Source: Clostridium sp. CAG:510 (GTDB lineage: Bacteria; Bacillota; Clostridia; Lachnospirales; Lachnospiraceae). From it: DNA of 64,000 nt. The DNA is taken from the NCBI GenBank assembly GCA_000434615.1, contig FR880848.1, positions 39,429-103,428 on the forward strand, read 5' to 3'. Under the pieces are notes generated by a model. The model was given only the letters and a program-made list of their open reading frames with translations, was not told the origin of the DNA and made no database searches. Both the position numbers and the translations under genes were made by a program. Within the stretch, counting starts at the first letter, position 1. Each line of letters starts with the position of its first letter. Positions 35,318 through 44,634 of this stretch are shown piece after piece.

Positions 35318-36259
35318 TTACTGTAAGCCAACCACAGATAAATCCTGCGGCTTAATGTAGTCCGTATAAAATCCGTATACTCCCCTGTCCCGATAGGTCT
35401 TCATAAGGTCCAGGCTGTTGAGCGTATTTACATATACCTTAATGTTCATTTCATTAAATACCGAAATGTATTCCGCATCCTGCACCCAGCCGTTTGGCAT
35501 GGTCACCACCGGAATATCGTGGGTCAGGCAGAATTCCGCAATGGCATTCAGATCCCTGTCCGCACTTTCGTACAGCGTGTAAATCCAGTTGGTGAAAGGA
35601 TAGATATTTTTGATATAGTCGTAGTCTTTTTTATAGTATATCTGCACCACAAACCGGTCAAGCACATCCGTGCAGTCTTTCTTTCCGGCAAGCTCCACGA
35701 TTTTCTCAAATACACTTCCGATGTATTCTCTGTCACCCTTGATGTCCGTGACAATATACAGGTCCGGGTACTGCGTCATATAATCCAGTATCTGGGAAGC
35801 ATCCAACGGCTCATACAGGTATTCGATGGGAGTGCTCATAAATTCCTCATAGGTAGGCGCCTGCCCCGCCCAGTTGTGTTTTCCCACCACTTCTCCGTCG
35901 GAAGTAACGGCTAAATCGATTTCCACCACACGGTGTCCCTTCTGCAGGTTTTCTTCCAGGGCGCTCTTACTGTTTGTGTAGGTTTTTCCTTCAATACCGC
36001 CGCAGGCATGAAGCACTAATTCCGATGTGCTGTACCAGGCATCCGGGTCATCCTGCATGGGCTCATACCGGGAAAAATCCACCTGTGTATTTTTCCAATT
36101 GGTGGCAAACAGCTTGGCCTTGAACCTGATAATCACATCGGAAATTTCCTCTATCTTAAAAAATATAAGCGCCATAAAAATAAGAATACCGCAGATGATA
36201 AGTCCAATCTTGATTATCCTTTTTAAAGTTGTCTTTTTATTCTTCATAGAATTCTTCAT
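35318..36259 (-). CDS. Membrane-anchored GDPD-like (glycerophosphodiester phosphodiesterase-fold) protein
   Basis: N-terminal TM helix. ...LVLHACGG...ENLQKGHRVVEIDLAVTSDGEVV... fits the GDPD/PI-PLC-X pattern (H, E-x-D, T-x-DG). Start is at ATG 36259, after ggtggaa. Confidence 0.4.
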   Translation of the reverse strand: MKNSMKNKKTTLKRIIKIGLIICGILIFMALIFFKIEEISDVIIRFKAKLFATNWKNTQVDFSRYEPMQDDPDAWYSTSELVLHACGGIEGKTYTNSKSALEENLQKGHRVVEIDLAVTSDGEVVGKHNWAGQAPTYEEFMSTPIEYLYEPLDASQILDYMTQYPDLYIVTDIKGDREYIGSVFEKIVELAGKKDCTDVLDRFVVQIYYKKDYDYIKNIYPFTNWIYTLYESADRDLNAIAEFCLTHDIPVVTMPNGWVQDAEYISVFNEMNIKVYVNTLNSLDLMKTYRDRGVYGFYTDYIKPQDLSVVGLQ

Positions 36260-38198
36260 GTGCATTTCCACCAAATATATTTTCATACTGCAAGATCCGG
36301 TAATTCTGCAGCCCACCTTCTTTTATGCCGTTTAACTCCGACAGGGGAATGAACTCACCGTTTTTAAGGAATGCCCCCTTGGCATTGATGGCGGGATATT
36401 CCTCGGACAGACTGTCCAAAAACGCCTGATAACCCGAACCGGGAATATGCAGGGTCTGTAAAAGCCTTGTGGACAGATAGTTGATGCTCGTCCGCTCCGC
36501 GGTGTCCACGGCGTCCGTATCAATGTCGTAGTTTGCCCAGATGAGATAGGGAATAGTGTATAAATCTTCCCTTTCCGCTTCCGTACGGCCGTCCATGGAT
36601 TTACCGGAAATGGTTTCCAGGTATTCATTTCCGTGACCGAAATCCACCTGGTGGTCGCCGAACATCATAACCACCCATTTTTCATCCCGTTTTTCCAGCT
36701 CCTCTATCAGATACTGTAAGGCTGCGTCACTCTCATGCATCATGGTCAGATACCCTTCCACATAATTGTACTTGCCTTCCGCATCGCCCAAAAGATGCAC
36801 CTTGTAGCCAAGCTCCGACTCCGCCTCATGATAGCCGCCCGTGTGGTTCTGAATGGTTACGTTAAACAAAAACAGAGGCTTGTCGGTCCTCTTCTCATCC
36901 ACATACTGAAGCATTCTCTGGTAATTGGCTTTGTCCTTTAATTTCAGATTTACAATATCCTCCGGATGGGAAGTGTCAAAATCCTCTATAAAATAGCATT
37001 CTTCAAATCCTAAATGCAGCCATGCCTGTTTTCTGAGCCAGCCGGAACTTTCATAAGGATGAAAAGCAGCCGTTTCATAGCCGTAGCTCCTGAGCAGTCT
37101 GGTCAGGGAGGCTTCGTCCGTATTCAGATACATCTGGTAAGGCACGGTTCCCACGGGCATAAACGCCATGGTATTGCCGGTCAAAAATTCCCACTCGGAG
37201 TTGGCGGTATTGCCGCCGAACACGGAACTTAAGGCAAACCCTTTGACGGTATTTTCGGTGAGGCTGTCGATGAACGGCATGACCTCCATGTCGGTATCCA
37301 TCTCACCGTAGTACCGCAGGTCTGAGAAAGATTCGTTCATAATAACAATGATGTTGGGATATTCCTCCGAGCTTTCCTCCTGCGCACGGTAGCTTTCCGT
37401 AAGGCTCTTCACTTCCTCCTCGCTGTAACCGTCCGGCGGTGCAATCTTACTGCTCCGGTAGCCCTCTATAAACTGCACAATAAAACCGTTTTTTTCCGCC
37501 GCATGGTAAATGGTGGTATCCACTCCGAGCTTCTGCAGAACGCCGAACCCGAATACCGCCGTATACAGTATCACAACAAACACCGCCGCTGCCGCACGGA
37601 TTACAAGCCCTGCCCGTTTGCCGGGTTTCTGCGGTATGTTGCGTAAGCGCCACAGGATAATCCAGTACAGGGCATAGGTAAGCACACCTGCCGCCACTAC
37701 CCAGTCGGTGCGAAGCTCCATGCCGCCGTCCAGCACATTGAACAGTGTCCGGACCGACAGTACATCATACACGGTAAACGGCGCGTCCTTGTAAGTGCGG
37801 ACAAAGTAATTCACCACCGCCAGAATAAACGAAAATACGGAGGCTCCGTACAGTCCCGCAAACAGTCTGCCGCACAGACAGTACAAGACGGCAATAAAGC
37901 TTGCGTAAAACAGTATGTTGAATACAAACGGTACCGGCATGGTGTTCCACGGATAGTGGTAGTTCAGGATCTCCGTTACACAAAAATAGAAAAAGGGGCT
38001 TCCCACCACGAGGAGCAGCCATGTATATTTTCCGTTTTGCAGAAAACGGGGAACCTTAACAAACAGCAGCAGTATACTGAGTACAGCCCCTGCCAGCCCG
38101 ATCATGAGACTGTGTGCCAGCATACCCGACAGTATGCCGATTCCCAATCCTATAATGATTTCCATTCCTGTTTTCATTGCCGTCTGTTTCATTGTCAC
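36237..38198 (-). CDS. LtaS-family (sulfatase-like) membrane phosphotransferase; probably transfers a glycerol-phosphate or similar group
   Basis: 5 N-terminal TM helices, then an extracellular domain with IIVIMNESFSD ... MMFGDHQ (alkaline-phosphatase superfamily / LtaS motifs). 653 aa. Confidence 0.7.
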   Translation of the reverse strand: MTMKQTAMKTGMEIIIGLGIGILSGMLAHSLMIGLAGAVLSILLLFVKVPRFLQNGKYTWLLLVVGSPFFYFCVTEILNYHYPWNTMPVPFVFNILFYASFIAVLYCLCGRLFAGLYGASVFSFILAVVNYFVRTYKDAPFTVYDVLSVRTLFNVLDGGMELRTDWVVAAGVLTYALYWIILWRLRNIPQKPGKRAGLVIRAAAAVFVVILYTAVFGFGVLQKLGVDTTIYHAAEKNGFIVQFIEGYRSSKIAPPDGYSEEEVKSLTESYRAQEESSEEYPNIIVIMNESFSDLRYYGEMDTDMEVMPFIDSLTENTVKGFALSSVFGGNTANSEWEFLTGNTMAFMPVGTVPYQMYLNTDEASLTRLLRSYGYETAAFHPYESSGWLRKQAWLHLGFEECYFIEDFDTSHPEDIVNLKLKDKANYQRMLQYVDEKRTDKPLFLFNVTIQNHTGGYHEAESELGYKVHLLGDAEGKYNYVEGYLTMMHESDAALQYLIEELEKRDEKWVVMMFGDHQVDFGHGNEYLETISGKSMDGRTEAEREDLYTIPYLIWANYDIDTDAVDTAERTSINYLSTRLLQTLHIPGSGYQAFLDSLSEEYPAINAKGAFLKNGEFIPLSELNGIKEGGLQNYRILQYENIFGGNAHEEFYEE

Positions 38199-38234
38199 TT
38201 CTGCCTTTACTTATTCTTACCGTCTTGCTTATTT

Positions 38235-38993
38235 TTACAATACTGCCTTTTCCATAAAGTAGTCCTTATACTCTACGAAATCCTTGCATTCCGCATCAAT
38301 GCTTTCAATCAGTTCCTTTTCCTTTTCCGTAACCAGTGTCTTATAATTGTTGAAATTGTCATAGCCGTTTTTCGTCCAGGCAAAAGGATGTGTTAAAATC
38401 TGTACCTTGTCGTGGGACAGAATGTTCTTTTCATCCGGATAGCCGTAGCGCCAGATGTGGTTGGCATCCGACATGTATTTCACCGCTACGGGAGTATCCT
38501 CGGTTACATTTTCCGCAAACGTAAAGAAATCATCCTGGTACGCATTTAAGATACCGGGAAGCTTGATGTTCTCCCTGAGGATGTCCTTGGAAGGCCTGTG
38601 TACGGAGAAAATATCCACCTTGAAACCGAACATTTCGCTTAACATGCTCATTTCCTTCACAATCTGCTTTCTCACCAGCTCCATATCCGTCATGCCGTTT
38701 AAGGCATAGTGCAGACCGATGACATGTCCTCTTTCATGCATGTCCTTTACCATGTCCATATTGCGCTTGGACAAAATATTGTAGGAGTTGTTTGTCCACT
38801 GGAAGAAATAGGTGGAGGTAAAGTCCATGCTCTCCTCTACTTTGGATAAATGGTACGCTCTCTCCACACTGTACTCCACATCATGCCGCATCAGGATAAA
38901 TTTGTCCTTGTTAATGGCTTCCTTATAGCCTGCCTGCAGACCCGTGGATTTGATAATCTCAATTATTTTCCGGTAATCTTCGTATGAAAACAT
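38235..38993 (-). CDS. Polysaccharide deacetylase-like protein (divergent)
   Basis: ...FILMRHDVEYS...HVIGLHY... resembles CE4/divergent-deacetylase His/Asp motifs. 252 aa, cytoplasmic. Confidence 0.4.
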   Translation of the reverse strand: MFSYEDYRKIIEIIKSTGLQAGYKEAINKDKFILMRHDVEYSVERAYHLSKVEESMDFTSTYFFQWTNNSYNILSKRNMDMVKDMHERGHVIGLHYALNGMTDMELVRKQIVKEMSMLSEMFGFKVDIFSVHRPSKDILRENIKLPGILNAYQDDFFTFAENVTEDTPVAVKYMSDANHIWRYGYPDEKNILSHDKVQILTHPFAWTKNGYDNFNNYKTLVTEKEKELIESIDAECKDFVEYKDYFMEKAVL

Positions 38994-39004
38994 AAGTCCT
39001 CCCT

Positions 39005-40444
39005 TTATTCAATAATATACTGTACATCTTCTTTGTCATAGCAGGCAGCCACGGCTTTATTTACCCAGTCGCCGGTATCCGGAGTTAATGAAATTCCCTG
39101 CAGGATGCTGCTTTCATGTTCCTCCTCTTTTCGTACAACCACCACATGCGTATCCTCTGCAGTTTTAATCTCATGCAGAACCGAATCCCAGTAGGAAAAA
39201 TACTTCTGTGCGGTACCGTCCGCTATTTCTTTTATACATTTCACAGTCAGCATGTTTTCCGTGCCTGCCGCTATGCTTCCCCAAAAGACTCCCCCCCACA
39301 CAAGCATTCCTGCCGTAATAAATCCGCACAGAACGGTTCTTTTATTTCTTCCCACATTCCTGCACCACTGGGCAAAAAGAAGCAGAAACAGAAATGTTCC
39401 TATATATATCAGACAGTCATCAATGAAAAGGCATCTGTCCGGATAGTAGTTCTCACCATGTCCCAGCATAACGGGAAAAGCTACAGCCGTACCACCCGCA
39501 ACAATCAGAACTGCCAGTAGACCCAGATGATACAACCGTATACTCCTGTTCTCCAGCTTCACATACTTTAACATATACAGGAAAACCACCGCTATAACTG
39601 CCAGAAACGGCGTGTATTTCAGCAGATAATAGCCCCTGTGCACAACATGCTCTGCCGATAATGCAATTGCCTGTAAGATCTGGGCTGTACCGGCTGTGCC
39701 GTTATTTCGCACAAAATTTCCCGGTGCACAGGCATTTAGAAGCCCTCCGGCAAGAGAACCCGCAAAATACAGCCACGCCCTTTTTCCTTTTTTTTCAATC
39801 CATTCATATCCTATAAGCAAAAGTGCCATTTCACAATTTAAGGCAACCAGATTCAGTGCTCCGCCGCTTGTCAGGAAACCGGTCAGCACGGTCAGAACCG
39901 CATATCTTTTTTTACCGGTGTTAATATAACGGGCATCCCATATAATTCCCCAGAACATAAATGCCAGAATAAGCACATAGGATACAGCTGTACAGTACCA
40001 GTACATTGTTTCCGTATAATAATATAAGTCAAAAAAGCATACCAGCATAGCGGTTCCCAGAACAAGACCCTTTATCCGGGACTCAACTCCAAATATCTCT
40101 TTCATCATCACACGAACAAAAACAAGAAGTGTCACTATAAAAAAGAGAGTCGTCAGGAAAATCGTAATCTGATGTCCCGGCATTCCCCACCGCATGTACG
40201 GATTTATGGCATAGTTGAGAAAAGAGCCTGTATAAAAGCCACCCCATGTCTTAAAACGCCCCAATGTCAGTAACAGGGCACTGGCTGTAATACCTTTTCC
40301 CGATTTCTCCATTTCCCGGAGCACATCGCCAATTGTGGAAAAATCATCATTATACGGTACTGCGTAGAATGCCATCAATAGCACCGGCACTGTAATAATA
40401 GCAATAATTCCGATTAAAACCATATATTTCAGCTTATTTTTCAT
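39005..40444 (-). CDS. Polytopic membrane protein, GT-C-like glycosyltransferase or polymerase candidate
   Basis: 479 aa with about 12 TM segments. A DD motif lies in the first external loop (VPYNDDFSTIGDV). A C-terminal soluble domain is present. Confidence 0.5.
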   Translation of the reverse strand: MKNKLKYMVLIGIIAIITVPVLLMAFYAVPYNDDFSTIGDVLREMEKSGKGITASALLLTLGRFKTWGGFYTGSFLNYAINPYMRWGMPGHQITIFLTTLFFIVTLLVFVRVMMKEIFGVESRIKGLVLGTAMLVCFFDLYYYTETMYWYCTAVSYVLILAFMFWGIIWDARYINTGKKRYAVLTVLTGFLTSGGALNLVALNCEMALLLIGYEWIEKKGKRAWLYFAGSLAGGLLNACAPGNFVRNNGTAGTAQILQAIALSAEHVVHRGYYLLKYTPFLAVIAVVFLYMLKYVKLENRSIRLYHLGLLAVLIVAGGTAVAFPVMLGHGENYYPDRCLFIDDCLIYIGTFLFLLLFAQWCRNVGRNKRTVLCGFITAGMLVWGGVFWGSIAAGTENMLTVKCIKEIADGTAQKYFSYWDSVLHEIKTAEDTHVVVVRKEEEHESSILQGISLTPDTGDWVNKAVAACYDKEDVQYIIE

Positions 40445-40474
40445 ACTTAAGTTTTCTCCTGCTTAAACTCTCCC

Positions 40475-41575
40475 TTATTTTTTACACAGTTCTTCGATAT
40501 AGTCCCTCCATTGCCGCACCACGGCTTCCGTGTTGGCAATGTCCTTGATTTTACGGGCTTCCCTGCCAAGTTTTTCCGCGAAATCCCTGTCCTCAATCAG
40601 CCGGTTCATGCCTGTAGCCAGGGCATCCGCATCCTTAATAGGCACCAGCAGTCCGTTTTTCTCATTTTCAATAAGTGTCGCAGGTCCGCCGCAGGGGCAG
40701 TCCGTTGCCACAATGGGAAGTCCCAGCGCCATGGCTTCCATCAGCGCATTAGGAAGCCCCTCCCAGTCGGAAGAAAAAGCAAACAACGCCGCATCGTTTA
40801 ATTTCTTTTCCAGCTCATCGCTGGCTCCCATCAGATGCACATACTCTTCTGCATGATTTTTTGCAATGCTCTTTTCCAGAAGCTCCTTCGTACCGTCATG
40901 GGAATCCCCGCCGTAAATTTCCAGCGTATAATCGGGATGCTTTTCATGCACCTTCACAAAGGCATCAATCAGAAGAAGCTGGTTCTTAAAGTCCACCAGT
41001 CTGCCGGACTGCACCACCGTTTTCCGTCTTTCTGCCGGTTCCGGTACCCCGATATACTTGTCATTGATGGGATTCAGGATGATTTTAGATTTTTTTTGTA
41101 TCTTTTTTGTAAAGAATTCCTTCGCTCCCACCGTCTGGAACACATTGCCTGCTGCCGTGGGATACAAAAGAGGAATTAAAATTTTATCCCGCTTTCCTAC
41201 ATAGTGCAGATAGGGGTTGGTCCGTACGGAAACAATCACCGGTAGCCGCATAAAGTAGGTCGCCATCAGCGCCCGGTAGTTGGCTTTCTGGGCAAAGGCA
41301 ATCAGGATATCCGGCTTTTCCTTTTTCAAAAACTTTTTCAGATTGGAAATCCGCATAAAAAACTGCTGCTTTGTGGAAGCCCTTTCCTGTTTTTCCGTCA
41401 GTCCCACATGCACCCTGTGAATTCTTTCGTCTATGGCAAATTCGTTTTCCGCCGTCCATTCCGTGGCGATATAAACATCATACCCTTCCTGTACCAGACG
41501 GTTTGCCAGCGTGGTGACCACCCGCTCCGCTCCGCCCTGTTCCAGGCAATTTAAATGAAATACTATTTTACGCAT
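40475..41575 (-). CDS. GT4 glycosyltransferase
   Basis: MRKIVFHLNCLEQGGAERVV... ...SDWEGLPNALMEAMALGLPIVATDCPCGGPATLI. Confidence 0.75.
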   Translation of the reverse strand: MRKIVFHLNCLEQGGAERVVTTLANRLVQEGYDVYIATEWTAENEFAIDERIHRVHVGLTEKQERASTKQQFFMRISNLKKFLKKEKPDILIAFAQKANYRALMATYFMRLPVIVSVRTNPYLHYVGKRDKILIPLLYPTAAGNVFQTVGAKEFFTKKIQKKSKIILNPINDKYIGVPEPAERRKTVVQSGRLVDFKNQLLLIDAFVKVHEKHPDYTLEIYGGDSHDGTKELLEKSIAKNHAEEYVHLMGASDELEKKLNDAALFAFSSDWEGLPNALMEAMALGLPIVATDCPCGGPATLIENEKNGLLVPIKDADALATGMNRLIEDRDFAEKLGREARKIKDIANTEAVVRQWRDYIEELCKK

Positions 41576-41602
41576 GTGCTCTCCTTTTAGTTATCCCCCG
41601 GC

Positions 41603-42680
41603 TCATGAAAAAGCATTGATGCTTTCAATTACATACTCCTGCTCTTCTTCCGTCATACCGTTGTACAATGGAAGCGAAAGCACTGTTTCCGCATATTTTT
41701 CGGTAATTGGCAGAGAACCCTTTTTAATATTTAAATACCGGTAGGCCTCCGACAAATGCGGTGGTATAGGATAATGAATTATGGTGCCTATTTCTTTATT
41801 ATTAAGGTATTCAATTAGTTTTTCCCTCTCCTCACACCTGATTACAAACTGATGCCAGATATGTGTAGCCCCTTCCCTGATTTTTGGTAGCACTATCTTA
41901 GAATTCTTTAAGTTCTGCAGGTATCGTTCGCAGATATTTCTTTTTTCTTCTTCCAATTCCCGTATATGAGCCAATTTTACCCTGAGGAGTCCTGCCTGTA
42001 TTTCATCCAGTCTGGAATTAGTACCCACTACACGATTATAATATCTTTTTTCACTTCCGTAATTTCGAAATACTCTTACCTGTTCTGCCAGCATGGGATC
42101 GTCAGTCACAATTCCCCCTGCATCACCGAATGCTCCAAGGTTCTTTGATGGATAAAAAGAAAAGCATCCTATATCTCCGAAAGTCCCTGTCATCTTACCC
42201 TTAAAGCTGGCTCCATGTGACTGTGCACAGTCCTCCACGACCTTTAACCCGTATTTTCTTGCAACCTCCATAATCTCGTCCATACAGATGTACCACCAGG
42301 ATTGCCTTTGTTGCCGGTGTTATTTTTTCTTCCAGCTTGGAAGCATCTATATTGTAGTACTCATCCGGCTCCACAAAAACAGGGGTAGCTCCGTTAATGG
42401 TTATTCCCATTACACTGGCAATATAGGTATTGCCTTGTACAAGTACCTCATCTCCGATTCCGATGCCCAATACACGAAACGCAATCCATAAAGCATCTAA
42501 CCCACTGGCAAGACCTACACAATAACCTGCACCCACATATTCTGCAAATTCTCTTTCAAAACTGTCAACTTCTTTTCCCAGTACATACCAGCCTGACCTT
42601 AAAACTTCTAAAGCTTTCTTCTCAAATTCATCCTGATATTTATAGAAACCCAAATCCATTCTGTTTGGCATTATTTTCAT
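41603..42680 (-). pseudogene. DegT-family sugar aminotransferase (FdtB/QdtB-like) interrupted by a frameshift
   Basis: Two ORFs in different frames overlap at 42201-42283. The upstream one ends ...ILVVHLYG followed by out-of-frame junk. The downstream one begins MDEIMEVARKYGL...DCAQSHGA...CFSFYPSKNLGAFGDAGG.... Joined, they give a complete PLP-aminotransferase with the expected VVHLYG-x-x-x-MDEIM junction. Confidence 0.65.
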
Positions 42681-43108
42681 CGTTGTTTCTCCGTTGTATC
42701 ATTTATCAGATTAATAAACTCCTTGTAATCGCGAATATATTCCTGTGAATCGTAATACTCACTTGCAAGACAGAGCAAAACGGAATCTTCGCTAAAATCA
42801 TACATTTCTTTCCAGACCATATTGGGAAGATATATCCCCGTATGCGGTCTGTTCAGGGAAAAAACAGCTTCGTTTCCCTGTCCGTCCTTTATTTTTACCT
42901 TACTGGAACCCTTTACGTTAATCAGCACAAAACGACTTTTCCGGTTTGCATGCTGTCCGCGGACGACATTTTTTTCCGTTCCGTATATATAAAAAATTCG
43001 TTTTATTTCAAACGGAATATCCTTTAACCCTTCTACAATTACTAAATGACCTCTTTCATCACCATGCTGAGGAAATTCAAGCATCTGTACATCTGTATAA
43101 TTTTTCAT
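42677..43108 (-). CDS. fdtA: dTDP-4-keto-6-deoxy-D-glucose 3,4-ketoisomerase (FdtA/QdtA cupin)
   Basis: ...FPQHGDERGHL..IPFEIKRIFYIYG...RGQHANRKS..., ...VWKEMYDFSEDSVLLCLASEYYDSQEYIRDYKEF.... This closely parallels FdtA as I recall it (DSRGSL, PFSIKRVYYI, RGFHAHK, VWHEMHDFSSDCVMMVLASDYYDETDYIR). Confidence 0.75.
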   Translation of the reverse strand: MKNYTDVQMLEFPQHGDERGHLVIVEGLKDIPFEIKRIFYIYGTEKNVVRGQHANRKSRFVLINVKGSSKVKIKDGQGNEAVFSLNRPHTGIYLPNMVWKEMYDFSEDSVLLCLASEYYDSQEYIRDYKEFINLINDTTEKQR

Positions 43109-43123
43109 TCTGACTTCTCCGTT

Positions 43124-43645
43124 TTACTTTTCATATTCTTCATGCAGAAAACTGTACCACTTTAATGTTCGGTATTCACCCTCCATACATATGCAGTCTC
43201 TGAACTCTCCTTCATATGTAAACCCGCTTTTTTCATAAAAACGGATTGCACGTGTATTTTCTTTCAGGACGTTAAGATATATTCTGTGCATCCCCAGCTC
43301 CCGAAATCCCTTTTTTAATAATAATCTGGTGGCCTCAAATGCTGCCCCCGTACCTTGTGCACATCTGCGCATGCTAATGGCATATTCCGCATTTTTGTTT
43401 ATGAGATTTATATTTTTGAGACTGATGGTTCCCAGATACTCATCCTGTTCGTTCACTATCGCATAATGCAGACTCTTTCCGTTTTCTATTTTCTCTTCTG
43501 CATTGTCCGCTGTGCAAAATGCTATTGCCTCTTCCATCGTCACTTCCCCCATCTTCTTCTGAAAGCACTTTTGCAGTTCTTCATCATGCATCCATTCCAG
43601 CATCAGAGAGGCGTCTTTTTTTTGTAAATTTCGAAGTTGTATCAT
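43124..43645 (-). CDS. GNAT-family acetyltransferase, probably an amino-sugar N-acetyltransferase
   Basis: 173 aa. GNAT core RRCAQGTGAAFEATRLLL. Sits directly upstream of fdtA and the FdtB-like pseudogene. Confidence 0.65.
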   Translation of the reverse strand: MIQLRNLQKKDASLMLEWMHDEELQKCFQKKMGEVTMEEAIAFCTADNAEEKIENGKSLHYAIVNEQDEYLGTISLKNINLINKNAEYAISMRRCAQGTGAAFEATRLLLKKGFRELGMHRIYLNVLKENTRAIRFYEKSGFTYEGEFRDCICMEGEYRTLKWYSFLHEEYEK

Positions 43646-44583
43646 TCTTTTCTTTCCTCCGGGGAAATACCATCTTCTTCAATAATGTAGGCAGGACGCT
43701 TTCGGGACGCATCAAACGTTCTCCATAAATATTCCCCTAAAATCCCCAAAGTCATCATGATAATGCCGAAACTGAAAAGATTAAAAATAAACAGAGTGGT
43801 CCATCCTGATACCGCAATATGTCCTGAAATTTTGGCAATCAGAACCACAATTGCCCATATAACAGCCACTGCTATGGAAAAAGTACCTACTCCAAGAACT
43901 GCCGTAATGGGCAGGGAGGAAAAGCTAAATAAAGTATCCATCACCAGACGGATTTTCTTTTTCAATGTCCAACGGCTTTTACCGGCTGTCCTCGCCAGCC
44001 GGGTATAGTATATGACATCTGTCTTAAAACCGCTCCACAATATCTGACCGGTTAGTGCTGAATTTTTTTCATCAAGATTTTGCAAAACTGTGATAACTCT
44101 TTTATCTACCAGATAAACGTCAAATCCCCCTTTGGGCATATTGGGTAATGCACATTTTCGCACCAGTGAATAATAAAGATTGGCAAAAAAGGTCTGTTTT
44201 GGGGACTCCTGCCTTCCTTCTCTGACTGCCAGAACCACATTATTGCCTTTTTTCCAAGATTCAACCATTTCAAGAATAAGTTCCGTAGGTTCCTGTAAAT
44301 CTGCCGCTTTGACAACGGCACAATCACCCGTGCTATTGCATAATCCGCATAATATGGCCGCATGGGAACCAAAATTTCTGGATAAACTGATGATATGAAT
44401 ATGAGAATCCTTTTCTGCAAGCTCCCGCATAATTTCCCAGCTTTGATCCCGGGAGCCGTCATTTACCATGACAATTTCATATTCATAGTTAATCTTATCT
44501 ATAATTTTTTCTTTGATATCTGCATACAGAGAAAATAGATTCTCTTCATTATAGTACACAGGAATCACTATTGATAATTTCAT
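43642..44583 (-). CDS. GT2 polyprenyl-phosphate sugar synthase (GtrB/ArnC-like)
   Basis: LSIVIPVYYNEENL...VMVNDGSRDQS...two C-terminal TM helices. The ArnC/GtrB architecture. Confidence 0.75.
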   Translation of the reverse strand: MKLSIVIPVYYNEENLFSLYADIKEKIIDKINYEYEIVMVNDGSRDQSWEIMRELAEKDSHIHIISLSRNFGSHAAILCGLCNSTGDCAVVKAADLQEPTELILEMVESWKKGNNVVLAVREGRQESPKQTFFANLYYSLVRKCALPNMPKGGFDVYLVDKRVITVLQNLDEKNSALTGQILWSGFKTDVIYYTRLARTAGKSRWTLKKKIRLVMDTLFSFSSLPITAVLGVGTFSIAVAVIWAIVVLIAKISGHIAVSGWTTLFIFNLFSFGIIMMTLGILGEYLWRTFDASRKRPAYIIEEDGISPEERKE

Positions 44584-44634
44584 AATTCTGCCTCATCCCC
44601 AATTTCACTGATGCTATCCTGCATTGCCGGTTAC

